DNA of 64,000 bases from Candidatus Woesebacteria bacterium (GCA_016432365.1 CP066686.1:1002918-1066917); one strand, 5' to 3'. Shown: positions 18,159 to 28,270, numbered from the stretch's first letter. Notes: generated by a model not told the origin, from the sequence alone. Made by a program: numbers and translations.

Positions 18159-20576
18159 ATGGCATACATTGTTGACTACGCAATTACCGAAAACGCTGCG
18201 GGTGGAGCTACTTCTGTCAGTGCCAACGTCCCTCCTCATGAAGCCGACGACTACTTGGTTGTGTTTTCGTCAGTCAACGGTACAGCCGGTGGTACCTCGG
18301 GCAACACCAACTCAGGTATAACCGTCTCGGGTTGGACTCAAATTGGCACTTTTTTAACTGCCAACACTGGTATTTCCACTTCGGTTTATTATCTCAAATG
18401 TGCCTCTAGTTCCGAAACGTGCACGGTTGCTATTACAACCGCCGACGACTATACCATCAAAGTGATATGTATTCGAGACGCCGACACCACCAACTTCCTA
18501 GACTCTGGTACCGTAATCTCTACCACAAACACTTCTACTGCATCTAAGTGGTCCTCGCCTACGATGTCGACCAATCAAAACGACTCGCTTGTAATGTACT
18601 GTCATGGTTACGACGGATCCCAACCAGCCCTGCACACAGATCCTGGCACGATGTTCTATATCAGTTCCGACTCAACGGGTACTACCGCACAAACTTCCGC
18701 CGCTGGCGCAGTAGCTTGGTATATCCAGCGTACTGCCGGTACCACTCCTGGGCCTAGTTGGACTTGCAGTGTGGGCGATGATCGTACCAATCATGTTTTT
18801 GCTATCCGCAACAAATCTGGTGGTCGTATACCGGCCTATATCGATGATGCCAACACTACCGCTGCCACAGTGATGATGGGACATCATTTTAGTACTCTCA
18901 ACAACTTAACTTTCGCCGGTGCCCTCACGATCGCCAATATCGGCCCAAGTGGTAGTGGTAAAACTGCCACACTCGACGCAGCCGCAGCTGCCGCTGACTA
19001 TGGTTTGAATCCCTACTCCTCAGCACTCTCCTCGACTCCCGCTGCCACTGCCGCTACAGGCGTTGCGGGATTTGAAGTCACCCTCACCAACACCATCGAT
19101 ATGTCGTCTGGATTTCTAGTCGGTACAATCGTTGCTTTAAACCCTAAGATGGCCAACTACATCCATGGCAATATTACTCAGGGTGGAACTTATATAGTAC
19201 TGGCCAGCGGCACGACGGCCAACACCGATTATGCCAGTTATCAGGTAGCCGCTCGTGACTCTGACCCTAATACAGGTAAACGTATGGTCTTTTCGGTCCA
19301 ACCCTCCCAGACGACCACTGCCTACGGCACCAATGGATCCTTTAGCGCCTCCGCGGTCAAAAGGCTCATGTTCTTGTCCAACAACCCGACAGCCACAATC
19401 ACCCTCTACACGGCCGAATGGTTTCATGTCACTAAAATCGCTTGTGCAGGAGGAGACAGTAGCAACCCGGTCGATACGGAAGGGCTAGCCGCGATCGGCT
19501 CGAGTTTTCGCATCCCCCTTTTTGAGCGCTCCGGTGCCGCCGGAATTTTGTGTTTCGTCCCAATCCAGATTGGTGGCGGTGATGCAATTAACTTCCAGAT
19601 TGATGCTGGTGCGTTACAGTTCCCACGCATCTATAGCACTACCAAAAAACAAATCAACTTCCACGCCAATGGTTCCTCTGCCATCGGTATTTCCTATGCC
19701 GGGAAATCAGGGGATGTAATCAAACACACCAATTCCGTAGTTACGTCTCCATCACCATATTATTGGGAAATAAATTCTGCCGCTACGAGCGCAGCGACAT
19801 GGGATTTTAGCGGTCTGGTTATCGTTGGCGCAGTTGTGACACTGCGTAATGTAATGACTTTTGACGGTATGAGTTTTGTCTCTTGTATATCTATTACGGC
19901 TTCCGGCTGTACCATAATTAATGCAGCAATATCCAACCTACCAGCCGGAAACGATACTTTAACTACCAACGGTTCAACCGTCATCAGCAGCTCTGCTATT
20001 AATGTAACCGGGGTAACCGCCGGTAACAGATGGTGCTCTGTAGCAAATCCCACAATCTTTTCCGGTTGCGTATTTACAGGTTCAGGTTCATCCGGACATG
20101 CCATAAGAATTACGACAGCCGGCACCTACAACCTTTCAGGCAATACTTTTAACAGTTTTGGTGCCGATGGTTCAACAAGCGCGGCAATCTACAATGATTC
20201 GGGTGGATCGGTAACACTTAATATTGTAGGCGGAGGTAATAGTCCAACATATAGAAATGGTGCAGGAGCCTCAACCACGGTTAACCTTAATGTAACTCTG
20301 ACTATAAATATTACCGATTCAGACGGCACAGCAATTTCCCAAAACTGTGAGGTAACAGTTGTGAAGGTAAGTGATGAGTCCGTCCTTTTCCATGAGGATA
20401 ATATTACCGACGGATCAACAGCTTATTCTTTCAATTCCGGCGGAGGAACCGCGGTTTACATTAACGTCCTTAACGTCACCGGTTATCAGAACAAAACTGT
20501 ATATTTAAATTTACCGACCTCAGATACAACAACGATTGTTGCACTGGATACGGATAGGATTTATACCAACCCTTAA
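18159..20576 (+). CDS. Large T/S/G-rich right-handed beta-helix-like protein (tailspike/pectate-lyase-like repeats), no signal peptide
   Basis: Repeats such as TASGCTIINAAISN..SGCVFTGSGSSGHAIRITTAGTYNLSGNTFNSFGADGS. N-terminus MAYIVDY and C-terminus DTDRIYTNP are paralogous to the next gene. Confidence 0.5.
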   Translation: MAYIVDYAITENAAGGATSVSANVPPHEADDYLVVFSSVNGTAGGTSGNTNSGITVSGWTQIGTFLTANTGISTSVYYLKCASSSETCTVAITTADDYTIKVICIRDADTTNFLDSGTVISTTNTSTASKWSSPTMSTNQNDSLVMYCHGYDGSQPALHTDPGTMFYISSDSTGTTAQTSAAGAVAWYIQRTAGTTPGPSWTCSVGDDRTNHVFAIRNKSGGRIPAYIDDANTTAATVMMGHHFSTLNNLTFAGALTIANIGPSGSGKTATLDAAAAAADYGLNPYSSALSSTPAATAATGVAGFEVTLTNTIDMSSGFLVGTIVALNPKMANYIHGNITQGGTYIVLASGTTANTDYASYQVAARDSDPNTGKRMVFSVQPSQTTTAYGTNGSFSASAVKRLMFLSNNPTATITLYTAEWFHVTKIACAGGDSSNPVDTEGLAAIGSSFRIPLFERSGAAGILCFVPIQIGGGDAINFQIDAGALQFPRIYSTTKKQINFHANGSSAIGISYAGKSGDVIKHTNSVVTSPSPYYWEINSAATSAATWDFSGLVIVGAVVTLRNVMTFDGMSFVSCISITASGCTIINAAISNLPAGNDTLTTNGSTVISSSAINVTGVTAGNRWCSVANPTIFSGCVFTGSGSSGHAIRITTAGTYNLSGNTFNSFGADGSTSAAIYNDSGGSVTLNIVGGGNSPTYRNGAGASTTVNLNVTLTINITDSDGTAISQNCEVTVVKVSDESVLFHEDNITDGSTAYSFNSGGGTAVYINVLNVTGYQNKTVYLNLPTSDTTTIVALDTDRIYTNP

Positions 20577-20740
20577 AATTAATATATCAATTCCGTCTTT
20601 AACATATCAATTCCGACGTAAATATAAATCCCCCTTGACAGACCTTGCCACGGTCGCTGTAAACTGTTTGTAATCTCGGTTTCGAACATTTGAATGGTTG
20701 AAGATTTGAAATCAAGACTACATAATAGAAATATAGTTAT

Positions 20741-22312
20741 ATGGCGAAAATTGTTGATCCAGATTCATTAAATCAAGCAACCGAAGTTGTAATCGATACG
20801 ACAGGTAAAACGATCCAACTTTTAGCTACAGGAAACCTTAGTAATGCCTCCCCCGGTTCAACGTCCGGTGTCACCCTCCAGGCTGTTTATTCTTTCTTAA
20901 AAGAGGAGTGGAAAACCGATGCAGCATTAAACAAATTCAAATTTCCCATCAAAATGTTTACAAAAACTGATGGAATTATGATTAACGGTTGGGATTGGGA
21001 AGACGCGACGACAAGAAGTTTAATTAGGGACGGCGGATGGGAAGAAACGGGTGGAGATAAATATGCCAGCATAGTTTCACTTGGAAACTTTGACTCCTCA
21101 AGCGACCAGGCTTATTATCAGCACGTCATCGGATACGACCAAAGTATAGTCAACTTCGGCCATACTGGAAACTTAAACGAGGCCATTCTTATAAGCGGTT
21201 TTACGGGTTACCTCAAACTATTTCTTCGCATTGCCTCGGGTTCTGGAACCGGTAAATTATATTCAGAATATAATCTTTTAACAGAACAAACTATCTCCGC
21301 CCTTGAACCTGTCCTTTATAAGTTGCCTCTAAGTAACTCCACAGACTTGAAAATTAATACAGCTGATGCGGCTTTTGCTTCCGGTATTTATACCGGAATG
21401 GAAATTAATTACCTTAAAGGTGTAGGGTTCACAACTTATGCAAATTCAACCGTTTACCCCGCCGGATCAGTTGTCCAAGAAGCAACTGGGTCACCAAAGC
21501 ATTGGTTTTTTACAGCAGCCGGAGGAACTTCAAATGGAGCCGATGTTCAAACAGATACGGGAGTTACCGACTGGGCAGCTTATGATGGTGAAGTTCAAAT
21601 CGGAACAAATTACTATGCATTTAACAGAATCATAACAGGTAACAACGGAACAGCTCAACAAATATACAACTGGGCGCAATACCAACTTAGGCAAACTACT
21701 GATATCAATGACAACAATTCTACAACTGTAAATCAGAGAAGCGGCATGGTGGTAAAAGGAAATGTTGCCGAACTTCTTTTAGAATTTGTTGGAGATACCC
21801 TTAAAACAAAACCCGGCCTTTATATTGCAGGGTTCCATGCAGATTCCACCAACTCCATTAAGTTCCGTGACATTACAGTTGATGGCGGAGGCGTTGATAC
21901 AAACACCAAGCTCCCAGTCACAACAACGGAACGTAATTATCCGTTCGTCGCGACCGGGACGTTGAACTTCAGCGCCAATCTTGTTACAGAAACTGACAGC
22001 AATACCAAATACACTATGTACTTTACATCCACCCCATCGGGCAACTTCGACACATCAAACGCAGTTATTGTTAAAAACAACGCGGGAACAGACATCACAG
22101 GTCAAATTACGGCCGCCTCGATCGCTTTTGACTTTGATTATGACGGCAATGTCCAAGGAGGCAGAACCGCCGGAACTGACGCCGCTGTATCCATCGTAGC
22201 CCAGGGTTTGCCGGGCGCTACATGGGTTCTCACTACATTTACAATAACAAGAGCAACAGGACAATCTATTACCATAAACGCCGACGACGAAAGGAACTAC
22301 GCTAATCCCTAA
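20741..22312 (+). CDS. Paralogous beta-rich structural protein (no signal peptide), possible fibre or S-layer-like protein
   Basis: N-terminus MAKIVD. Motif EEWKTDAALNKFKFPI is shared with 22841..23353. C-terminus DDERNYANP is similar to the previous gene. Stop overlaps the start of the next gene (TAATGG). Confidence 0.5.
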   Translation: MAKIVDPDSLNQATEVVIDTTGKTIQLLATGNLSNASPGSTSGVTLQAVYSFLKEEWKTDAALNKFKFPIKMFTKTDGIMINGWDWEDATTRSLIRDGGWEETGGDKYASIVSLGNFDSSSDQAYYQHVIGYDQSIVNFGHTGNLNEAILISGFTGYLKLFLRIASGSGTGKLYSEYNLLTEQTISALEPVLYKLPLSNSTDLKINTADAAFASGIYTGMEINYLKGVGFTTYANSTVYPAGSVVQEATGSPKHWFFTAAGGTSNGADVQTDTGVTDWAAYDGEVQIGTNYYAFNRIITGNNGTAQQIYNWAQYQLRQTTDINDNNSTTVNQRSGMVVKGNVAELLLEFVGDTLKTKPGLYIAGFHADSTNSIKFRDITVDGGGVDTNTKLPVTTTERNYPFVATGTLNFSANLVTETDSNTKYTMYFTSTPSGNFDTSNAVIVKNNAGTDITGQITAASIAFDFDYDGNVQGGRTAGTDAAVSIVAQGLPGATWVLTTFTITRATGQSITINADDERNYANP

Positions 22313-22737
22313 TGGATAATCTAACCCGACGAAATATCAGATACATTTGCTTCAGACTCCAAACTGAAGCAGAAGGCGGATCTAAAGCCGAAGCTGAAGA
22401 AACCGGAATAATGAGTTATGTTGATCAAATAAAAGAATTAATGGAATCCCAATCTGAATTTGAAGGTTGGAAAAAATTTGCCAAAACTTGGGATGTAGGA
22501 GAAGAAGATCCTTTAAAGGCTGTGAACAGACTATCGAGTATTCAAAACGACTGGAATAAAGTATTAAAAAAAGAGGCTAAAGAACTTTCTGTCAATCAAC
22601 CAAAAAAAATCGTTCAACGCGGGCCGGGCGGTAGATTTGTAAGTAAAAAGACAAAAACCGAGAATCCCGTGCTCCCTCCTCCTGAAACAGAGGAGTCTCC
22701 GACCCCAAAGAAAAGTATTTGGGACGTCCTTAAGTAG
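22312..22737 (+). CDS. Small charged hypothetical protein, translationally coupled to the upstream gene
   Basis: ATG overlaps the upstream TAA. K/E-rich. TAG stop. Confidence 0.4.
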   Translation: MDNLTRRNIRYICFRLQTEAEGGSKAEAEETGIMSYVDQIKELMESQSEFEGWKKFAKTWDVGEEDPLKAVNRLSSIQNDWNKVLKKEAKELSVNQPKKIVQRGPGGRFVSKKTKTENPVLPPPETEESPTPKKSIWDVLK

Positions 22738-22840
22738 CGTATATACTCCTCTCACTCGAGTTTGCAACTCTCGTTAGAGATTATATACTCGAAATTTTCG
22801 TTTGCGTATGCAAACTCAAGTTTCTTGAGTATAATAAAAC

Positions 22841-23353
22841 ATGGCCGCAAAGATGACTTATGATGCTCCCAATAAGCTGTTCATCCTAAATACCGGAGTT
22901 GTCGACTTTGATGTTGTTGTAGATTTATATTCAGACGCCAAAGAAGATTGGCTAAGCGATCCACTTTTAAATAAATTCAGATTCCCAATTGTCGCAATCG
23001 GTGGACAAGCGATCGGTGGTGGACGTGTTATTTCTCCTTATATAATGTTGAGGTATGGCTGGAAAGTTAGACCACATGAGGCAGATCACACCCTAACTGT
23101 TGCCGGAAACCTGATTACAGATGATGAAACAACTCCTTTTGCAAGCGTCCTCGGCAACTATCAGGTTGTCATCAAATCTATTGTTTCCTCAAATTCCCTA
23201 ACAGCGGCAGGAACGGCGCTCTCCTCTTCCGATTTAACAAGTATAATAAGCGGTGTTTGGGACGAGGCAATTGCCGCGCATCTTTCCCCGGGTTCTGCCG
23301 CAAAAATATTAAAAGATATAAAGACAAAAGCTACTTTGGCCTCACTTAAGTAG
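22841..23353 (+). CDS. Small protein sharing an N-terminal module with 20741..22312
   Basis: LYSDAKEDWLSDPLLNKFRFPIVAIGG versus VYSFLKEEWKTDAALNKFKFPIKMF. TATAAT 12 nt upstream of the ATG. Confidence 0.45.
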   Translation: MAAKMTYDAPNKLFILNTGVVDFDVVVDLYSDAKEDWLSDPLLNKFRFPIVAIGGQAIGGGRVISPYIMLRYGWKVRPHEADHTLTVAGNLITDDETTPFASVLGNYQVVIKSIVSSNSLTAAGTALSSSDLTSIISGVWDEAIAAHLSPGSAAKILKDIKTKATLASLK

Positions 23354-23405
23354 CTACTTTTTGCTACTTGCAAAGTGATATCTAGCGACATATTATGATG
23401 GAGAA

Positions 23406-23612
23406 ATGTTTAGCTTTCTTAAAAATATCGGGCCTACAGAATTAATCATAATCGGGGTCATCTTAATAGTCTTTTTCGGCTCCAAAAAAATTGCCGGACT
23501 TGGTAAAGCAGGTGGAGAAACGGTCAGGGAAGTCAAAAAAATCAAAAAAGAACTTTCGGGTGCAATGGATGAGGTCAAGGAAGACGATACGAAAGAGGAG
23601 GTGGAAAATTAA
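23406..23612 (+). CDS. tatA: Twin-arginine translocase subunit TatA/E
   Basis: LIIIGVILIVFFGSKKIAGLGKAGGETVREVKKIKK matches the TatA TM helix plus amphipathic-helix consensus (FG.KKLP.LG..LG). Confidence 0.7.
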   Translation: MFSFLKNIGPTELIIIGVILIVFFGSKKIAGLGKAGGETVREVKKIKKELSGAMDEVKEDDTKEEVEN

Positions 23613-23759
23613 ATGGCAAATCTTGGTTTAACAGAAATTTTAGTAATTGCTTTAATAATTATTCTACTTTTTGGCGGAAAGAAGATTCCAGAATTTTTTA
23701 AAGGTTTGGGAGAATCGATAAAAGAGTTTAAAAAAGCTTCAAAAGACACCGACAAATAA
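23613..23759 (+). CDS. tatA: TatA paralog (48 aa)
   Basis: [48 protein letters not shown]. Below the 60-aa cutoff of the ORF track. Confidence 0.6.
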   Translation: MANLGLTEILVIALIIILLFGGKKIPEFFKGLGESIKEFKKASKDTDK

Positions 23760-23804
23760 TCACTTCTTGAATGTGCAAAGGTTTATTTGTAGACTTCATG
23801 TAGC

Positions 23805-24569
23805 GTGGTAAACATTAAACCTCTTGAACCGGGTGAGCTACAGGGCATTATAAACAAATACTCCCCTTTTTTAATGGAAGTAAGGAAAAGAGTCTCTTTT
23901 GTTCTTTCTATTTTTGTAATTGCCATGATCGTTGGCTTCACTTTTTACGAAAAAATAATCAAGTTTCTGGTCGATGCCTTAAGCCTCCAGGGAGTTAACA
24001 TTGTTTTTACCTCGCCTTTTCAGTTTATCAACTTAGCGATTTCTTGTGGAATTGTAATCGGGCTTATTTTTGTTTTCCCGCTCATTATTGCTCAAATACT
24101 TTCGTTTCTTAAGCCTGCTCTGCGCGAAAAAGAATACAGGGCAATTCTTGTTTTTCTACCATTCTCAATATTCCTATTTTTAATCGGTTTTGCCTTCGGC
24201 GCCTTCATAATGAAATGGCAAATACAAATATTTCTTGGAAGGTCCACTGCCCTTGGTATCGGAAACATTTTGGACATCAGCAAACTCCTGACTCAAATAC
24301 TCCTAACTTCCGCGCTTATGGGAATTGGTTTTCAGTTTCCTATTCTCCTTTTGATTTTGATGCGTATGAAAGTGATCAAACATCACCAGCTAAGCAAACA
24401 GCGGCCATGGGTGTATCTTGGTTCTTTTATGTTTGCGCTTCTTCTTCCCCCTGATTCTCTACTGGCTGATTTTGTTCTTACATTGCCCCTTGTAATTCTA
24501 TTCGAAGTTACGCTACTATTAAACAAGATATTCGAGGCCAAAGGAGCCTTAGAGAAAGGAAGTGATTAA
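23805..24569 (+). CDS. tatC: Twin-arginine translocase subunit TatC
   Basis: 254 aa with six predicted TM helices, placed between tatA paralogs. TatC-like loops and length. Confidence 0.75.
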   Translation: MVNIKPLEPGELQGIINKYSPFLMEVRKRVSFVLSIFVIAMIVGFTFYEKIIKFLVDALSLQGVNIVFTSPFQFINLAISCGIVIGLIFVFPLIIAQILSFLKPALREKEYRAILVFLPFSIFLFLIGFAFGAFIMKWQIQIFLGRSTALGIGNILDISKLLTQILLTSALMGIGFQFPILLLILMRMKVIKHHQLSKQRPWVYLGSFMFALLLPPDSLLADFVLTLPLVILFEVTLLLNKIFEAKGALEKGSD

Positions 24570-24571
24570 TT

Positions 24572-24718
24572 ATGTTTAGAGGAATAGGAACAACAGAACT
24601 TGTTATTATCTTTGTCATTCTTTTAGTGCTTTTCGGAGGCAAAAAACTTCCGGAACTTGGACGCGGGATTGGAGATGCTATCCGCGAATTCAAAAAATCT
24701 CTTAAGAGTAAAGATTAA
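24572..24718 (+). CDS. tatA: TatA paralog (48 aa)
   Basis: MFRGIGTTELVIIFVILLVLFGGKKLPELGRGIGDAIREFKKSLKSKD. Starts 3 nt after the tatC stop. Confidence 0.6.
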   Translation: MFRGIGTTELVIIFVILLVLFGGKKLPELGRGIGDAIREFKKSLKSKD

Positions 24719-24729
24719 TTAATCCCAAA

Positions 24730-25113
24730 ATGGACCTAACCATAGTTTTATTTGCTTTGATTGGGCCCTTTTTGGTTTGGCCGGTCGAGTATTTTCTCCC
24801 CTACCCTTCGTTTGTAGAAGAGTTGTTTAAGGCGATTCTTATTTATTTTTTACCACAAAAAAATTATAAAACTGTCGTTATCTCCGGTGTTGCATTTGCT
24901 CTGACCGAAACAGTGCTTTATGCTTTTAATATATTCAACTTTGGGGGCCTTGAGCTTATGCTTACGAGGTTGCTTTCAACCTCAATTCTCCACAGCGCAA
25001 CGTTTTTAACAATTTATATATTCGGAAAGAACGGCGGATGGAGACTAATAATAGGATTAATCATCGCCGTTTTGATACATTACATATACAATACATATAT
25101 TCCGATATATTAA
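24730..25113 (+). CDS. Small polytopic membrane protein
   Basis: Four hydrophobic helices. No recognisable motif. Confidence 0.35.
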   Translation: MDLTIVLFALIGPFLVWPVEYFLPYPSFVEELFKAILIYFLPQKNYKTVVISGVAFALTETVLYAFNIFNFGGLELMLTRLLSTSILHSATFLTIYIFGKNGGWRLIIGLIIAVLIHYIYNTYIPIY

Positions 25114-25143
25114 AATTGCGTGGAGTTCTCAACTAGACAGTAT

Positions 25144-27801
25144 TCATTCTTTCGATGAATACTCTTTGGAAACAAAACCTTCAGTCCCGTCTTCCAATTG
25201 GACTTTGTACCAACTTCCGGCATCTTCCAGAAACGGCAACCTGTCCCCTACACTAACCTTTGCGATCTCCTGACCACCTGGAGTTTTTCTGACTCTTAAA
25301 AAGCCTGTAGGAGTGTCAGAGACAACAACTAAGTACTGACCTCCAACACCCAGATTTTCCTGCTCCAAATATGATTCGGGTTCAGACTTTGATTCCACCA
25401 TCGGTACTGGAGTTGACACCGGCTCAGAAGACTGAACACCAAGTACCGCCATTTTTTGTTCGTAACTATTAGCAACAACTCTGCTTACAACATACCCTGT
25501 TGCGGCCGCACTGACAACACTGCTAAACAACATCACAGCGATAAAACTTGCAGGATGTACCTTACTACCTTTAGACGAGGGCTTCTTAACATCTGTATTG
25601 GATATCTGACTTTCACCGGCAGTAAGCTGTGCTTTAGCCCTGGAAGTAATTGTATTCATATACATTGCCATGAACACAAATCCGGAGGCTATAACTATAA
25701 TAATTCCCCAAACTGCTATTGCCTGACTCCCACCGACAAATCCAAACAAGCTTCCCGCAGCCGAAGCCTGAGCCACAAGCTCTTTCATGGCCGTGAGTTT
25801 GGTTTCTGCCGAAGCTTTGAGGACTTCTGCCTGTCTATAAGCTTTAATCTTATCCTCGGGAGTTGTGGCTCCATCTATAAGAATTGAGATTTGGCTCATA
25901 GAAGCATCGATATCACTTTTTAAAGTTACCCCCTGGGCAAAAAATGCTGTTTTCTCAAGGGGTTTATACAGTGCAGCTGCTTGATCTCTCATACTTTGAA
26001 TTTCAGTAGGAGTTATTTCCCAAATATCTTTTGTCTCAACCGAAAAGGTCCTGGTTTGACCGGCCGCAAGATTAAAAGTTCCCGACACATAAAGCTGGTC
26101 CTTTTCTGAATCATAGTTAACGGTTAATCCCGGATCGGATTTGATAATATCGTCTTTTTTGATTTCCTGAGGCAAATAATATTTGACATCAACCGTCTGA
26201 GATATAAGTGTTGACGGATTTGTGGCCAAAGTTTTAAATACGATACTTCCGATTTCGAGCCAGGTACTAACCAAGGTCTTACCTGACCCAAGGCTCAAAA
26301 GCATTTTATTAGAATTAATAATGCCCCTTAAACCCAATAAAGCATTTTTGACCGAGTTTGTATCGGTCGGATTTACTTTTACCAAGGCTCCTGACGCACC
26401 TGATACTTTATTTAAAGCAATTATTTGGTTTTGAATAATCCCGATTTGTGAAACAGTACCTTCCACATCTTTTGATTTTGTAAATGCTCCTAAAATTTTA
26501 TCTACCTGATTCCCTTTTTCATCAAGTTTCGTGGCTAGATCTTGAGTGGTTTTTATTCTTACAAACAAAGTCTTAGCGGGACTTGAGTCACTAACAGTTC
26601 CTATCGATTTTTCCAAAGCCAAAGAACTTTTAACCAAGAGTTTAGCCTGGGCGTATAAAGCCGGAGATTTTTGATAATCAGCCAAACCTTCTTTAAGATC
26701 GGAGATTATTTTGTCCGTTGTTACAAGTTGATCGTAGACTTTTGATGACTCGTCCCAATTCCAAGAATCGCGAATCCAATTGACCGAGCCAAACATTGTA
26801 TTTGCATCGGAAGAATCGGCAGAACTTCCCAAAATGTTGGAGAGAGCAATTACCCCATCCAGCAAATCTTTTCCGTTGGTTTTATTCCAATTCGAGGTTA
26901 ATGTAGCCGACTGAGCGGTAAGAAATTGATTGTTTACATAAAGCTGATTGGCCATAGAACGGGTACCGCTTAGTTTGTCCGATAGCGGTACTGTCGTATT
27001 TTCCAATACATTTTGGATGACGGGTTTGTTAACTACCTTTTCCAAAAGCAGTCTTGTCTCAGTTGTTACATTTTTAATATCGGTAATACTATTGGTGACA
27101 TTAGTAACATTGGTAACCGCCGTTGTCGTTGAGATATCCCCTACTTTTGATTTGACCGAATCGACATTCGAATTAACATTGTCTAAGTCACTTTTGGTTG
27201 CCAAATCTCCCGATGTAAGCCCCGCTCCTGTGAGAGTTCTTGTCGCGTTTGCCCAAATGTCCGCAATTAGAGTGCCGAAAGACCCGATAGAACTGACTGT
27301 TCTTGTTGAATAGCTCCAAATGTCTGCAGGAAGGGTTCCGAATGAGTCAAGAGTTTTTCCTGAAAATCCCCAAACAGCAGTGGCGATTGAATTTGTATCC
27401 GGAACTGAGGCAGGTACCGGATCTATTTGAAAGCTTTTGTCTATTTTAAGTGTATCTCCGGAAACTACACAAGCGATGGTTGTTGGATACATTCCGGTTG
27501 TTGACGGAGCCGTAAATGAATAGTAGTACCAACCATCAACACCGCCTCCACTTAGTGGCTGCGCCGCAAGAAAAGATGAAAGATTTGGGTATTCGGAAGT
27601 GACTGAACAAGTTGCACCGGCTATCGGGGCAGAATTATCGTCGTATAAAAATTCTCCAACTGTACATGTAGATCCTACTATACAATTTTGAATCCCGCCG
27701 GCTGCAGCCGTTACTTCGCTAGGCGAAAAAACCGCCGCAGTCATTAGCAGGGTTAAAGCCAGAGCGGATGCAAATTTGGTTGACATTCTGGCATTTTTCA
27801 T
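25144..27801 (-). CDS. Large (885 aa) secreted/surface protein with signal peptide, helical/coiled regions, C-proximal TM segments and C-terminal SH3b-like domain
   Basis: MKNARMSTKFASALALTLLMTAAVFSPSEVTAAAGG signal. C-terminal GGQYLVVVSDTPTGFLRVRKTPGGQEIAKVSVGDRLPFLEDAGSWYKVQLEDGTEGFVSKEY is SH3b-like. Confidence 0.5.
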   Translation of the reverse strand: MKNARMSTKFASALALTLLMTAAVFSPSEVTAAAGGIQNCIVGSTCTVGEFLYDDNSAPIAGATCSVTSEYPNLSSFLAAQPLSGGGVDGWYYYSFTAPSTTGMYPTTIACVVSGDTLKIDKSFQIDPVPASVPDTNSIATAVWGFSGKTLDSFGTLPADIWSYSTRTVSSIGSFGTLIADIWANATRTLTGAGLTSGDLATKSDLDNVNSNVDSVKSKVGDISTTTAVTNVTNVTNSITDIKNVTTETRLLLEKVVNKPVIQNVLENTTVPLSDKLSGTRSMANQLYVNNQFLTAQSATLTSNWNKTNGKDLLDGVIALSNILGSSADSSDANTMFGSVNWIRDSWNWDESSKVYDQLVTTDKIISDLKEGLADYQKSPALYAQAKLLVKSSLALEKSIGTVSDSSPAKTLFVRIKTTQDLATKLDEKGNQVDKILGAFTKSKDVEGTVSQIGIIQNQIIALNKVSGASGALVKVNPTDTNSVKNALLGLRGIINSNKMLLSLGSGKTLVSTWLEIGSIVFKTLATNPSTLISQTVDVKYYLPQEIKKDDIIKSDPGLTVNYDSEKDQLYVSGTFNLAAGQTRTFSVETKDIWEITPTEIQSMRDQAAALYKPLEKTAFFAQGVTLKSDIDASMSQISILIDGATTPEDKIKAYRQAEVLKASAETKLTAMKELVAQASAAGSLFGFVGGSQAIAVWGIIIVIASGFVFMAMYMNTITSRAKAQLTAGESQISNTDVKKPSSKGSKVHPASFIAVMLFSSVVSAAATGYVVSRVVANSYEQKMAVLGVQSSEPVSTPVPMVESKSEPESYLEQENLGVGGQYLVVVSDTPTGFLRVRKTPGGQEIAKVSVGDRLPFLEDAGSWYKVQLEDGTEGFVSKEYSSKE

Positions 27802-27803
27802 TT

Positions 27804-27956
27804 CTTATGCTGTCTCTTTTGCAGCCTTTCGAAATTCTTTGATTGAATCTCCTACCCCACGAGCCAACTCGGGAAGTTTTTTGCCGCCAAAAAGGACCAA
27901 TACAATTAACGCTAATACTATTAATTCTGTTGAACCGATATTGTTTAACAAGCTCA
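27804..27956 (-). CDS. tatA: Fourth TatA-like protein (50 aa), directly upstream of and abutting the 885-aa surface protein gene
   Basis: Reverse-strand translation is MSLLNNIGSTELIVLALIVLVLFGGKKLPELARGVGDSIKEFRKAAKETA with a GGAAGG Shine-Dalgarno sequence. Stop lies 3 nt before the ATG of 25144..27801. Confidence 0.55.
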
Positions 27957-28195
27957 TTCACCTTCCTTTCTAAAGAATCTGCTGGAGCCAGATACTGTAA
28001 ACCTTTGAAGTACTGGGCAGTAAATCTATCTTAAGTATCATACTTTAGCAACATTGATGTCAAGGGTCATTTGACATATTGTCTAATCTAGTCGTAATCT
28101 TATCAATATTTAACTAATCAGCTTCAGTTTTGCATAAAATCCCCAAAATTGACACGATGATATGATTATGATACAAATATATAAGATCTCATATT

Positions 28196-28270
28196 TCAAC
28201 TATAGCAAACTCAAAACAAAATGACGGTTTTTGCGAATTTATGTTTTGAGTTCGATATATAGGAATTCAA
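28196..28270. repeat. About 60-bp palindromic element (copy 1) in a divergent promoter region
   Basis: TATAGCAAACTCAAAACAAA...TTTGTTTTGAGTTCGATATATAGGAATTC. A near-identical palindrome occurs at 45585..45645. Confidence 0.4.

Noticed and set aside
27776-27973. 65-aa plus-strand ORF and 80-aa minus ORF 27719..27961
   Set aside because: The opposite strand, in a different frame, encodes a clear 50-aa TatA-like protein with a Shine-Dalgarno sequence. These are shadows.
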